64,000 bases of DNA from the human T2T-CHM13v2.0 reference genome, Homo sapiens (GCF_009914755.1 NC_060939.1), one strand, 5' to 3'. Positions 32,325-50,590 are shown, counted from the first letter of the stretch. Made by a program: numbers and translations. The notes: a model not told the origin generated them from the letters alone.

Positions 32325-34524
32325 TTATTCAGGGTTAGTAACTGTCTCTTCCTAACCGGTGGTGGTCCTGATAAGTTTGCACATTTGTGGCTGTCCCAAA
32401 GAGCAGTGCAATTATGAAGGCGTAAATACGACCAAAGACCACTCTCAGATACATCTCTGATTGTTGGCTTTGTCTGAGAGAACATGTTCTTTTTGGAGGT
32501 GGCCCGCTGTCGACACTCCCACCAGCACCTCTTCTTAGGCACAGTGGAGGATCCCAGCCTATATGGCAATGGCAGTTCCTTCTGTTGTTGCAGACCCCTC
32601 TATGACTGCACTTCTCAAGGCGACAGTCGTAGCCCAGTGAAGTGATAGTTGCATTGCACCGGGTGTTATTACAGAAGTTTCCATGAACACAAGGAGTGCC
32701 ATCTATCACACGCCCAACATCAGTCATGTCTGTTGCATGGTGTTCATCCAGTCTAAAACACTGAAACCCTCCTCTCACTGAGTGATGGAATGAAACATGT
32801 TCCTGCAGCTGGGGAAGATGGGTCACATTGGTACACTGCAGTCCTCCACAAAACTTATCTATTCCTGTACAAGCCTGGTAGCTGAGATATGTTTGTTGTC
32901 TAATACAATGTCCAAATCGGTAGCTTTCAAGATTTATGTCATAGCAGACCTCAGGAGCATCCTCAGCACTGACACCAAACATTGCCTTGCAGAGCACATT
33001 GCGGTCAGTGCAGTTCCCATGATAACAGTAGCCTTCTTCCATGCACAGGGTTCCATCTTGCATATAAAAGTTTGCTGGGCATGTCACGGTGGTCCCGTGA
33101 CAGTACTCTGGAAGGTCACATATATTTTGGATAGGTCTGCAGAGAGTCCCTGGTGGGGAGAAGCTGAAGTTTGTACAGCACTCTCCTATATGACAGGTGC
33201 TCCCCGGTGTTAAGTGACAGTCACTTTGGCAGCAATAACTGGCATAACACTGCTTGAAGGAGCCACAGTCACATTCCTCCCTCCCCTCCACTATGAGGTT
33301 TCCACAGCGAACCGTTGTCATGGTTTCATTATACACAGGAGAAAGTGTTTTGAAAACACACCGGCCTGGACGTATAAAACAATTTCGTGCATGTCCATAA
33401 GAACAGTTACTGAATGCATCTGTCATCCCAGGAAATCTCTGCATAATGGAGGAGGCCCTTCTCTAACATGTGCAGTAGTTATCATCATACTCCAGACCAA
33501 TACTTCTCATCTGTGTCTGGGTTATTATGATGGCTACCAATAAATAATGTCTGCCTAGAGTACCAATGTGTAATAGGCCTAAATGTGTACAGAAGCTATA
33601 CCTTTCAGGTTCATAGTTGGATTCATGTGGTGCGTCTTTAATAAGTAGTGTGGATGAATGAACATGAAAAGTATCAAAAAAGGTTGTTTTAAAATAGGTA
33701 AACATTGCACTCTGAATTCGATATTGATTCACAGGGGCTGGGTCACGATTATTATATATGGTCAAAAGATAAATATAGTACCACAGATCAATATTTTAAA
33801 CAATGCTGTCAATGAGACTGAACATCTGGACCACCTCTTTGGAACAGGTGGTAATATTGCCATATATATGATAATATGAATTGGAACATTGAACGTGGCC
33901 CTTTATATTGCCTCTATGAGAACTATACAGCGAATTAGATATCCTGGGATTCATGCTGTTATTTGCTTCAGAGAACAGGGGGTCTGTCTCCTCATTGTCA
34001 CCATCTCTAAATGTGGGCACCGTTGCATTGGGCTCAGCCACTATCTGAGAAACAACATGTTCAAACCTGCGGGAATCCTGGAGGGGTTTGATTTCGTAGG
34101 CAAGGTCGTCCAGCTTCATGATGCCTCTGAGGCCCCCATAGCACGTGTCGATGGTGACCATGGACTGAGGCACCTCCTCCAGGTAGCCGAGGTAGTAGCA
34201 GTCTGGTGGAATGTAGGGGCCATCCATCGGCAAGGCTCCTTGGTCATCCTGAGTTGTCACCAGCAGATGTCTGGGCCAAAGAAGGTGTTTCCTCCGCATG
34301 TGAATGACGTGTCTTTGACCCCCAAAACGCAGGCTGTGGGTCAGCCAGCCGGGAAACTGAAGGCCTTTGCCATGGTGCGTCTCCTTCCTGGGAATCACCA
34401 CCTCGGAGGAGGCGTAGTGCCACAAGGGACGGCCTTGAGAACACCGGACTGGAGCCAGGAGCGCCCAGAGCCCCAGCAGGAAGAGGGGGGCCCTAAGGGT
34501 GACCCGCACCTCTGCCTGCCTCAT
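32325..34524 (-). pseudogene. ADAM6: ADAM6-like intronless ADAM pseudogene (orphon paralog of ADAM6)
   Basis: Three ORFs in one frame: signal peptide and prodomain, metalloprotease-like domain without HExxH, disintegrin (CGNLIVEGREECDCGS, CDLPEYCHG), Cys-rich, EGF (CHCHIGWDPPLC), TM. Stops at 33796-33798 (TAA) and 33463-33465 (TAG); frameshifts in the tail. Confidence 0.93.
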
Positions 34525-35124
34525 GTCCCAGCCCAGCAATAATTACCCAACGACAATGGGAAAGGAAAGGACTGTCCTCGGTGAAGCCAGGCCCCAACCA
34601 GCTGCGGTGGCTGCGTCCCTCCCAGGGAGACCCTGACAGAGAACAAAGGGCCTCCCCAGGCTCCCGCACCACACCGCGGGGCACCTGGACTCTGGGAGGG
34701 AATGAGGTAACAGTCCCAGGGAGGGGCAGGAGGTGGGTCTGGACAGGACGGCAGCTGCTGCACTGCGGGATGAGGCTGAGGGTCACGGCTGTGAGGGCTC
34801 ATTGGGAAGGGAAAAGGGAGAGGGAAGCAGGGCTGTCTCTTTTACCACCGTCAATCTTTTCTGTTGCTTTCTGAATCTACAAAATGCAATGATGTGTGTT
34901 CAATGCCCTCGCATCACCCGTGTTATTCTCGGTCACTCTGTGGGTTAATATGCTCCTTTCTGTGGCTTACACTGCTTACTCCTTTGTCATGTGGAGGTGG
35001 GCACTGCCAATATTTTCCTTGGGGACTGAATGTTTTTCTACTCTTAATAAGTACCCATGTCTTATTCTTTTTGTTGTTGTATTGTTTTGTTGTGGCTTTG
35101 AAGTTTTGTTTGAAGTTACCAGAT

Positions 35125-35445
35125 TGTGAAAGGAAAATATCTTGGGCCCCATCAAGCTGAGAACCACTCAGGGCAAATCTGCCTCCCAGTCTATTTAAAG
35201 TTGTCCCTCTGCTCACAGAGACAGATGAATATTCTCATGACCTCCTTTGCGAACACTTATCAGAAACTCAAAAGAATGCAACCATCTGTCTCTCACCTAC
35301 CTGTGACCTGGAAGCCCTAAGTGGGGAGGACTTGCTTTGAGTTGTCTCAGCCTTTCTGGATGGAACTAGTGTCCTTCTTACTTATATTGATTGATGTCTC
35401 ATGTGTCCCTGAAATGCCTAAATCAAGATGTGCCCGACCACCTTG
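35125..35445 (+). mobile_element. MER4A-like LTR fragment
   Basis: TGTGAAAGGAAAATATCTTGGGCCCC start; ATATTGATTGATGTCTCATG motif. Confidence 0.75.
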
Positions 35446-36100
35446 AATCCAGAGTTCCTGGATTCACAAGATCAACAGTTGATATAGGGTAACTTTTTCT
35501 TCTGTGCTATGTAAAACCCTTGTGAATTATGATACTTTTTACTTAGTCCATCTATTGGGAGCAGACACTATTCCTGACCCCATGAGAGCCCCAGGTGCTG
35601 TCCCTCCGATGCTTCTGTGTGGTTCTCTCCTGGTCTTTGGTCATTTCTTCAGATGCAGGAGCTGATCAGCTCTCAGGGAAGGACAGAGGGGGCCCTCTCC
35701 GGGTGTCTCATGTCTGAGAACTAATGTTTCACATATTTCTGCTGATTCTGTCATTGCTTATGAGGGGAGGGAAAATCCAATGCCAGATCATAATCAGAAA
35801 CACAAATTACTGTTTCCTCAAAAGTGTAAATATTTCCCTTTCCTGGCGAATGTGGTCACTCCATTTAAACTTAACATGACCATAGTGTGTTTCGAAGGCT
35901 GCGTTGTGTGGCACTTTGTGTTCCAATGCCCCGTACTCCCATCTTCCACCGCTTCAAATCCTGCCTTTTTACCACAAATGTACGATTACTAATGAAGCTG
36001 GTTTCCCCTCTACGAGCGTGCAGGTTGGACGCCCTTTCCCTACCCCTTTAGGGTTTTCACAGGGAGCAGAAGGAAAATATTTGACATCCCTGAAGGAGGC

Positions 36101-36491
36101 TGCTAGGGTAGACTGTGTCCCTCCTAAATTTTTGTGCTGAAGTCCCAACCCTTGGTCCTTCAGAATGAAATCATACTTGGATCAGTGTCTTTTAAAGAGG
36201 TGAATAAGTTAAAGTGAGATTCCTGGAGTGGGGCCCTAATGCAATCTGACTGTTGTTATAAGAAGGGGAAGCAGGAGGGAGGGTGCACACGCCCTGAGGG
36301 ACGGCCATGTTACCACAGAACAGCGAGAAGGCGCCATCTGCACACCAGGGAGTGAGACTTCAGAGGAAACCCACCCAGCTGGCAGCTTGATCTTAGGCTT
36401 TCATCCTCCATAAGTGTGAGGAAATTGGTTTTGTATTGTAAGCCATCCAATCTGTGGTATTTCATTATAAAAGCCCTATAAAATGAATACA
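36101..36491 (+). mobile_element. MLT1A/B-type solo LTR
   Basis: TGCTAGGGTAGACTGTGTCCC...TAAGCCATCCAATCTGTGGTATTT...TGAATACA. Confidence 0.8.
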
Positions 36492-38887
36492 GTAGGTAAT
36501 AGGAGATCTTCTAAAAATTGAAAAAGTCGGATGGCCAGACAAACCTAGACACTCCTGTTCAGACCTGAGCAGGGTGATGGACCTGCTATGGGACAGGAGA
36601 GGGGAAGAGATGAACCCAGCACCCAGACCCAGCTGAGCCCATTCCTCAGCAGGCTGTCCCTGGGCCGGAGCTTGCACTGGTGTGAAAGAGTGTGTCTTGG
36701 TCTTCAGGGGCTCATGGAGTTGGACAGAGAATGGTGTAAACTCTTGCTTACACAAAAGAACAAGTCATCGGTGTGCCCGTGTTTATGTGAATGGGATGTG
36801 TTTCTAGGGTGTGCTCATCCCCAAAGAAAAATTAATCAGGTCTCTTGGGCTAGAAAGAGGTTGTGGCATTTGTGTGTATTAATAACTGTGGTCGGACAGT
36901 AAATTATGTTAAAATGCTTATGGGAAGGCACAATGGAAAGAAACAGTTTGTTACAGAAGGAAAAAAATGGTGATTATTTAAATGAGATGCCTTTGAAAGT
37001 CACCATGCCAAGAAAGCTGATCACATGATAGTGTTGGGTTTCATGTTCAGGAGATCAGGAGGGTCCATTTGCTGGCTTTTACGATACCTAGACAGAGCTG
37101 AGAGTATAATGTGTGAATGGAGGGGACGTGGAGAAAGGGGAGGCCAAATGTTTGATGGGAATGGAGGGTCACTATTGGAGCCATTAGGAAATACACAAGC
37201 ATGATTTGTGCTGAAGCACAGAACAGTGTTCCTGGGGAATATTGTGTTGCTTTGGCAGCTGCTGAACATACAGAAGTTTCACTGTTCTTAGTTCTCAAAT
37301 TCTCTAGACTCTCTTGGCAGCCCAGTTTTAAATATTGGGAATATAGGTAAGACACATTCGTTATTAAAAATTATTAAGAGAAGATGTAGGAAGAAGTTTA
37401 AAGTAATCCATTTAGGTTATGAAAATTTAGTTGCGGCGAACTGTGATGTCCATTTCTTACTTGGAATAATGGAATGTAAGTCATTAGTCATCTCAATGGT
37501 TCATTTTTCCATAACCATCAATTACAAAACTGCTGCGTAATTTCCTGAATTGCCCGCCATAGAAGCTGACCTCACATTTTCTCAGTGAGAAACTGCCAGT
37601 CCCGTTGATCCAGCCTCGTTCTTCCCATAGGGGATTTTGTATCTCTGTGGACATGTGGTACAATGCTGCATATCCATCGGCATATGGCCTCGGGAAAGGT
37701 TCCAGCCTATCCATGCACGATGAAGCTTACTTAAGGGATGAAGCCGGAATGCTGGGTGTGCCAGTGCCGACAGCCGAAAGAATCAACTGCCTGGTGTATG
37801 ATGCTTTTATGAAAACAAGCCCAGGGCCTCTTGCTTTCTTCTGTATTAGATTCTCTGGTGAATATTTTTATTCATCTCTGCCAGAAATTGCCACATATAA
37901 TTACCTAGAAGCATTACAATAAACTGATTTGGAAGTTAACTGACTTCCTGGTGAGGTTAAAATGAGTGTCAGGTGCATAGTGAGACAGACCGGAGACATG
38001 GGTGCATAGCAAACTTGTGCTCACCATGGTTTCTATCTTAGTTAGGGAAACTTCTGTACCTTCCTTAGATGTTCAGGCACTCCATTGAGGACCCTGACAT
38101 AACATTATTTATTGACAGACCATAGCCCAAAGTATAGAACTGGATATTACCAAGGAGGATATACTATTACTATTTTATCTTTATCTTAAAATACACTCTT
38201 CCAACTGAGGTGAAAATTAATCCAGATGGTAGAACTTATTGCAGTTACTACAGCATTTTAGGAAATCAAAAGCTGCAGAACAAACATATGGACAGATGGC
38301 AGGTATGTTTTTGGAATCATAAACAACTTCGTGGTGATTGTAAAACCAAGGGGTGTCTCACAAGGGCTGGAAACCTCTCAAAATGAAACAACACACTGAG
38401 GATCTTTGAGAAGTACTCTGACCTCCAAGTGAGCTGGCTGATATGGAGGCTGAGCTACATGTAGAAAGCCAAAGGAATTTCTGCAGGACATCATCATGCC
38501 AAGCACAGCTGTAACCTGGGTTCCAGCCCTTTTCACACGCTCAACGGTTGGATCTTGGGAGGGAATCAAAGAAGCCATTGTAAAATATCAAAATTTAAAC
38601 CCTGATTTTGAATTTAAAAAGTGTTAAAATATGGTTGTGGCCTACACTCAGAAAATCTGTGTCCTTCAGATGGTTTCTCGGTGGCACCAGATGGTTTCAA
38701 GTGGCTATTCATTAGGTTTCTCAGTGAAATTACCAGATATAGAATAAATAAATTGTCACTGTCTTAAATCAACCCATGGGAAAGGAAAACTGTATAAAGA
38801 CAGCAGAGAGGAAACATTGTCCACACCAAGGAAAAAACAATCTCCAGAAACTGTTGTTGAAGAAACAGAGGCATCACACTTACTAGA

Positions 38888-39298
38888 AAAATATATTGTA
38901 TTTCATATATTATGGGCATACAACGTGATGTTTTGATATATGCGTGCATTGTGAAATTATTAAATCAAGTAAATAAACATGTCTGTCACCTCACATACTG
39001 CTTTTTTTATGGTGTAAATGTGTAAAATCTACTCTCTTATCAGTTTTCAAGTATATATAGTACATTAGTATCACTGAGGTCTGACCATGGTGTGCAATAG
39101 ATCTTCAAAGGAATTCCTTCTGTCTAACCAAAACTCTGTACCCTTTCACCAGGGCCTCAGCTTTTACATCCTCCTAACGCCAGCTCCTGGTAGGCAACAT
39201 TCTACTCTCTACTTCTCTGAGTTCAACATTTTTAGATTGCATGTGTAAGTGAGATCATGGAGTAATTTTTATACCAGGCTTATTTCACTCAACATAAA
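38888..39298 (-). mobile_element. L1MA 3' end fragment
   Basis: Antisense L1 3'UTR (ATTCTACTCTCTACTTCTCTGAGTTCAAC...GTAAGTGAGATCATG). Confidence 0.75.
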
Positions 39299-39361
39299 GA
39301 CATTTAAACGCTCAACATCACTCACTAATCATCAGGGAAATGCAAATTAAAACTGGGATGA

Positions 39362-41615
<2,254 letters not shown>

Positions 41616-42269
41616 CAGAGCTTTTTAATAGGTTTACCACCCAAGGCTACATGAGGCTGTGAAGCAGTGGCCTGAGGGTGACTGTCCTTTGTGAGAATGG
41701 AGAGGAGTGAACTGACTCATGGAGACACAAGTAGATGAAGTAAAGGGACTCATTGCTTCATTACATGGATAGTGAGGGTGACTGAAGGCATTAACGGATT
41801 AATCGTGGTGGCAAAACCATCTGAGGTGGACACCACGGGGAGCCAACCAGAAAAAGAGGACACATCCCATTAAATGGTGCTTCATCTCCTTGCAAAACCA
41901 ATGAAAGAAAGCGAAACACAACGCCATAGTGTATACCAGACAGTGGATTGAGGGAAGAGTTTCCTAAGTCGTAATCGACAAAGTGGAGAAAACATACAAA
42001 TCTTTGCACGGTGCTAACATTTGGACTGTGGCTTCATTGTTTCTTATTAACATTTTAGTGAAATATTGCTAGAAGGAGACTGAAAATGAAGTATGAAAAG
42101 TTAAATGGGATTTCTGTTCCAAGTTAGTCCTTTTCAGATGAGAGGAACTAAGAAGTTACAGGGAAGAAACAATAATATCTGCTGAGCAAGATTTTTGCAG
42201 GGCAGGCCAAGGAATTACCAAGGAGAAAAAGGAAATGTCAGCTTCACCTTGCATCTGCTCCCGAGCCAG

Positions 42270-42570
42270 GTCCTGAGCACCCCCTGTTGGCGCTGATCGT
42301 CCCCTGGTGTCTGATCCCCTCTGGTTCCCTCAGCTTCCCTGGTGGTGTCTGAGCCACTCTACTGGTGTCTGAGCCCCTCTGCCTGCCCTCAGCTCCCCCT
42401 CGTGGTCTGAGCCACCCTGGTGGTGTCTGAACCCCGCTTGTGATGTCCTGAGCCCCTCTATTAGTGTCTGAGCCCTACTGGTGGGTCCTGAGCCCCTTTG
42501 GTGGTGTCTGAGCCCCCTGGTTTTGAGCCCCCCCTTCTGCATCCTGAGCCCTCCTGGTAGTGTCTGAGTG
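42270..42570 (-). repeat. Degenerate ~16-20-bp tandem array of the IGHV 3'-flank type (CTCF-like units)
   Basis: About 15 units of CTGAGCCCCCTGGTGGTGT; the reverse strand contains CCAACAGGGGGTGC and ACCAGGGGGCTC. Confidence 0.75.
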
Positions 42571-43363
42571 TTATTTTCACCATACACTCAAATAAGATTG
42601 AGCAGTGATTCTTTCATCTGTGGTGGTCATTCCAAGTGATCTGTCCAGGGCACATGGGGACTCTATCCCTAGGACCACTTGTCCCCACAGAAGGAGAAAC
42701 CACAGTAGCAGCACCAAGGGTAGGTCACAGCATTGTCACCAGGAGTCCCCATATTCTTCTCCCAGACGCAGTGAACCTTGTCACCCTCTTCCCACACTCC
42801 ACAGGGGGTGTACAAAGAGGCATCTTGCATTGACCTGACCCTGGGATGTTATGGAAAAGGAGACAGCCTGAGCTCATGACTCCTGGAATTACATGCTCCA
42901 GTCTTGGCTATATACAGACCTGCAATTCTTTTCCTTTTACTCAGGCACTTTGCCTTCTGGTTGAGGACAGTGTTCTACAGCCCTCCACAGTGTGCTAGAG
43001 CTGACTAGAGTCGAATAGCCACTTTCTTTGTGCAAGTTTCCTTTCTGTGACTTTACTGGATTTCAATGGTAGTAAGCGTTCATCCAGACAGATTCCAAGA
43101 CAGTGTCCACATGAAAGGAAAACAAAGGCTGATGGGCAGAGACACCCTGAGCATCCAGTCCCAGGGTACCTTTGCCAGCTGCCCTTCCTAACATCCAGAG
43201 GCAGGGAAGGGAGGAGCCCTGCTGAGCAGTGCACACATGTCCGCAGAGAGAATGTCACAGAAATGCAGCTCTGCTCCCGCTCATGAGAAGCAGCTCATCC
43301 GCTGTCCTGCAGGCCCTGGTGAGGAGCCAGCCCATGTTTGGGTCCCTCCTCAGCATCCCCACC

Positions 43364-43680
43364 ATGGAGCCTGTGCCTGCTCATCACTGTTGAGGGAGCA
43401 TCCCTCCTGCAGCAGGCTCACTTGTGGCTGCCCCACACAGGGCTGCTCTCAGTGTGTTTTCTCTGTGCTTCCAGGACTCCCTTGTGAACTTCAGCTTGGG
43501 GAGGTCGAGGACACATGAGGCTGCCCTGGGCATTCTCCGAGCCTTCTGCAAAGACTCTGGTTTCACCTTCGCTAACAATAGCTTGAGCTGTGTCCAGCAG
43601 ACTGGAGTGGGTGGCACAAGTGTGTAATCCAGCTGGAAAAAATCAGTACTATTCTCCATCAGACAAGGAAGAACTCAAAA
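43364..43680 (+). pseudogene. IGHV clan III pseudogene fragment, 3'-truncated by L1, no RSS
   Basis: VH3-like promoter remnant (43255-43340), ACCATGGAG leader start, TTCCAG acceptor at 43474, ELQLGEVE, then CKDSGFTFANNSLSCVQQ and CTGGAGTGGGTGGCA. Confidence 0.82.
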
Positions 43681-44472
43681 GAATTCTTGCTGTTTAACAG
43701 GGAGCTGAGCAAGAGTAAGGTGTAGAAAGCTTACTTAAAGAAATAATAACAGATAAATTTCCAAAACTTGAGAAAGATATAAATATCCAGGTACAGGAAG
43801 GCATGACAACACCAAACAGAATCAACAAAAATAAGACTACTACAAGACATATACTAATCACACTTTCAAAGACAAGGACAAAAAATGGATCCTAAAACCA
43901 GCAAGAGGAAAGAAACAAATAACATATGAAGGCATTCCAATTCCTCTGGCAACAGGCTTCTCAATGCAAATTACACAGGCCAGGAGGGAATGGATTGACA
44001 TTTTTTAAGTGCTCAAAAGAAAAAAAACCTGCCATCCAAGAATATATTCTTCAGCAAATTACCCCTCCAATTGAAAGGAGAGATAAAGACTTTCCTAAAC
44101 AGAAAAAAGATGAGAGGATTCACCACCCTCAGGCCCATCTTACAAGAAATGCTAAAGGGAGTTCTTAAATCTCAAAGAAAAAAATGCTAAAGAATAAAAC
44201 AAAACTTTTATAAATATAAAACCCACTGGTAAAATTAGGTACATGGAGAAACCCAGGGGATGGAGTCAAAATGTAGAATTTTTCTGTGTCTTTTTTGCCT
44301 TTGCTTGTTTCTGTTCTTTCATTTGAGTTGTCGTCTCCTTTAAATAACTTCTCATATCTATAAGGTGTTTCTTTTAAGACTCATGATGACCACAGCACAA
44401 AAACCTATAACTGATTCACTAAAAATCAGAAGCAACAAATTCTACTGAAGAAAATCACTGAACCACAAAAAC

Positions 44473-44546
44473 AAGAAAAAGAAAGAAAGAAAGAAGGAAG
44501 GAAGGAAGGAAGGAAGGAAGGAAGGAAGGAAGGAAGGAGGAAGGAA

Positions 44547-44596
<50 letters not shown>

Positions 44597-44668
44597 GGGA
44601 GGGAGGGAAGAAGGAAGGAAGGAAGGAAGGAAGGAAGGAAGGAAGGAAGGAAAGAAGGAAGGAAGGGA
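44473..44668. repeat. (GAAA)n(GGAA)n compound microsatellite
   Basis: ~195-bp pure purine tract. Confidence 0.95.
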
Positions 44669-45825
44669 GACAGGAGTCTCAAAACTGCCAGAAAATGGGC
44701 AACAAAATGGCAGTGGTTGCTCCTTCCTTCTCTTTTCCCCCAACTAGATGGCATCGCTCCTCACACTATGCTACCTGGCGTTGGGATAGGAGTGACACAG
44801 GTCATGCTGAACTGTTGTTCTTATTCTCTTCAATGTGTCGTTTCTTACTTTTAGGCTGTAACCAGGTATGGGGATCTCTCACTTGGCTTCCTTAGCTCTT
44901 GTGAAGGATTTTTGGACGTGGATAGTTGTTCAGATTAATGTTCCGGCAGGGAACCATCACTGGAGAGTCCTATTCCGCCATCTTGCTCCTGGATGATCAC
45001 TCAAGACTGTCAGACTAAAGGACACACATACACTGAAACTGAAAAGAAGGAATGAAAGAAGACATTTCACGTAAATGTTAACCAAAAGAGAGTGAGGTGG
45101 GAGTATCTACATATATATCAGAAAAAAATAGATTTTAAGTAAAAAGCTCTCACAAAAGACAAAGATCTTTGTCTTATATAATTATTATATGTGATACAAA
45201 GTTTCACTTATCAGAAAGATACAGTTATGCACACACACACATGCATCCAACATCAAAGTACCTAGACATATAAAACTATCATTTACAGATCAGAGAGGAG
45301 ACACAGAAAGCAATACAATACAATTAGGAGATTTCAACACCCCACGTTCATCAATAGATAGAACATACAGACAGAAAATCAGTAGGGAAACAGCAGACCT
45401 GAATAGCACTAGAGACGAAATTGACCTAACAGATAGATACAGAACATTCAATTCAAGTCCAGCAGAGCATGCATTCTCCCCAAATGCACAGGGAACATTC
45501 TTCAGGATAGATCACGTGCTAGATACTACACATGACCTTAGCCAAAAGGCTGAGGAATGATTACCTCACATGTTAGGTCACAAAGAAGACTCAACAAAAT
45601 TAAGAAGACTGAATCGCATCAAGTATCATTTCTGACAATGGATTGAAACTAGAAATCACTAATAGGGAAAAAGTTGAAAATTTACAAAGAAGTATAAGCT
45701 AAGCAAACTTAAAAGATAATGTAGAAAATATTTTGAAATAAATGACAGTGAAAACGCACTACATTGAAAACATGGGATACTGCAAAAGCAGTACTAAGAG
45801 GGAAATTCATAATGATGCCCACCTA

Positions 45826-46560
<735 letters not shown>

Positions 46561-46847
46561 AAGAGAAAGAACCTAAATTAATCTTATTAATCTTACACCT
46601 CCGGATTTAGAGAAAGAATAAGTAAGTCCTAAGTTAGAATGAAATAATAAAGATTAGAGTAGAAATTAATGAAATACAAAACAGAAAAATAATAGGAAAA
46701 ATCAACAAACTAAGGGCTTTTGAAAAAAAAGACAAAATTGACAAAACTTTAGCTAGACTACAAAAAAAGAATACTCAAATAAATAGCATCAGAACTGATC
46801 AAGGAGACATTACAACTGATGCTACAGAAATAAAAATGATCATGATG

Positions 46848-47632
<785 letters not shown>

Positions 47633-48169
47633 TGGAGACGACTATAAATCATTATTGAATAAACACCAACACATTGGATAACCTAGAAGAAATGGGTAAA
47701 TTCCTCAAAACATACATTCTACCAAGACTGAATCATAAAGAAATAGAAAACCTGAAGAGACCAAAAATGAACAAGGAGATTGAAACAGCAATCAAAAATC
47801 TCCCAATCAAGAAGATTTGAAAATCAAGTTCAAGTGGTTTCTCCAGTGAATTCTACCAAATGTTTAAAGAAGAACTAAAACTAATAACTCTAAACTCTCC
47901 TAGAAAGTTAAAGGAACACTTTCAAAATATTTTTATGTGAGCACTCTCAGTCTGATACCAAAGACAGGCAAAGGCCATTTAAGAAAAGAGAACTACAGTT
48001 CATATCCCTAATTTGTATAGGTACAAAATTCAACAAAACCCAGCAAATCAAATTCAACAGCACAATAAAAGGAACCTATCCCACCACCAGAAATGCATGA
48101 TAAAGTGGGATACATCTCTGAGATGTTCCTGTTTGAAACACAAAATCAAACATCTTTGTAGTAACTCTA

Positions 48170-48519
<350 letters not shown>

Positions 48520-48884
48520 TCAAGCCATTCTGAATGTAGTCACACCATAAATAACACATACCCAAACTCCAAGTGGATGATTCTTGGGTTAAATCGTTTT
48601 AACTGTGTTCAAAGTATTTTTGAGCTTTGGTTTCTCCCCAGGGTTACCATCACTCTTTTACCAGCACGATGTTGTTGACTGGTCACAACTGATGCAACGA
48701 CAACCACAGCTGTGACTTTAAATTTTACCATCAGATGTTGATTGGAGACAATAACCAATTACCATACACCTCAAGATTCGTGGAGAAATCATGGTTTCAT
48801 GGAGAAATCAAGATAACATCTACTTGAGCTCATCTGGTACCACCAAGCATGTATCTTGAGAGCTTCATAAATTACCAGAGTTAG

Positions 48885-49767
48885 CAAACAAATTTACAAG
48901 AAAAAAACAACGCCATCAAAAAGTGGGCGAAGGATATGAATAGACACTTCTCAAAAGAAGACATTTATGCAGCCAAAAGACACATGAAAAAATGCTCCTC
49001 ATCACTAGCCATCAGAGAAATGCAGATCAAAACCACAATGAGATACCATCTCACACCAGTTAGAATGGCGATCATTAAAAAGTCAGGAAACAACAGGTGT
49101 TGGAGAGGATGTGGAGAAATAGGAACACTTTTACACTGCTGGTGGGACTGTAAACTAGTTCAACCATTGTGGAAGTCAGTGTGGCGATTCCTTAGGGATC
49201 TAGGACTAGAAATACCATTTGGCCCAGCCATCCCATTACTGGGTATATACCCAAAGGACTATAAATCACGCTGCTATAAAGACACATGCACACGTATGTT
49301 TACTGTGGCACTGTTCACAATAGCAAAGACTTGGAACCAACCTAAATGTCCAGCAATGATAGACTGGATTAAGAAAATGTGGCATATACACCATGGAATA
49401 CTATGCAGCCATAAAAAAGGATGAGTTCATGTCCTTTGTAGGGACATGGATGAGACTGGAAACCAACATTCTCAGCAAACTATCGCAAGGACAAAAAATC
49501 AAACACCACGTGTTCTCGCTCAGAGGTGGGAATTGAACAAAGAGACCACTTGGACACAGGAAGGGGAACGTCACACACTGGGGCCTGTCGTGGTGTGGGG
49601 GGAGGGGGAGGGATAGCACTAGGAGATATACCTAATGTAAATGACGAGTTAATGGGTGCAGCACACCAACGTGGCACATGTATACATATGTAACAAACCT
49701 GCACATTGTGCACGTATACCCTAGAACTTAAAGTATAATAAAAATAAAAGAAAAAAGAAAAACAAAG
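48885..49767 (+). mobile_element. 5'-truncated L1PA (ORF2 C-terminus and 3'UTR)
   Basis: ORF 48936-49424 is the ORF2 Cys-rich end; poly(A); TSD AAATTA(C/T)CAGAGTTAG. Confidence 0.95.
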
Positions 49768-50094
49768 AAATTATCAGAGTTAGTTACACAACCAGATTTT
49801 TCTATTATTTTAAATTTAAAATCAGGAGTTAAACATTCATATTCTGTAATGGCTTTCTGAATGCCTCCAGAGCTTGATCACTTGAATGTTTAAATAGGAT
49901 TATAACCTAGGTTACAGCGACTAGTTTTGAATAATAATCTGCTGGAGTATGCTCTTTCACTTCCTTACTACCTAATTTGTGTGGGTGCCAATCTTCACAT
50001 CAGCCAGCACAGGGAAAGGAGGTGTGTATTTAAAGGTTCCTTAACATTGTCCATCTTTTTTGGTGATGATTATGTTCTACTTGTTTTCAATGTT

Positions 50095-50590
50095 TTCTGC
50101 TGTGTACATTAAGAGTGTACAACATGGTGTTTAGATATACACATGCATAGTAAAAAGGTTACCACAACCTAGCAGCAAATTAACCAATCAATTTCCTTTT
50201 ATGGTTACCGTTTTGTAGCAGGAGAAACTAAATTCTACTCTTTTAGCAAATGTTCAGTATACAATAAAATATAACTACAGCCTACCTGCTGCACACAAGA
50301 GCTCTTGATTTTATAACTGCAAGCTCTTTCTTGTGTAGCGTCTGCATAACTGCAAACTCTAACTTCTGTAGCTTCTGCGTGACTGCAAATGTGTTAACTT
50401 TCACCTATTTCTCCCCATTTCCTACCTCTCCACACCCCTGGTAGCCATCATTTCACTCTCTGTTTCTATGGATTTGATATTTTTAAAGATTTTACATGTA
50501 AGTGAGAACTTGCTGTATTTTTATCTTGTGTCTGGCTCATTTCACTTAGCACTACGTCCTCTGGATCTATCCATGTTGTTGTAAATGACA
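50095..50590 (-). mobile_element. L1MA 3' fragment
   Basis: Antisense L1 3'UTR motifs (GTAAGTGAGA, TGGCTCATTTCACTTAGC). Confidence 0.7.

Noticed and set aside
33889-34542. 217-aa plus-strand ORF
   Set aside because: Antisense shadow of the ADAM6-like coding sequence.
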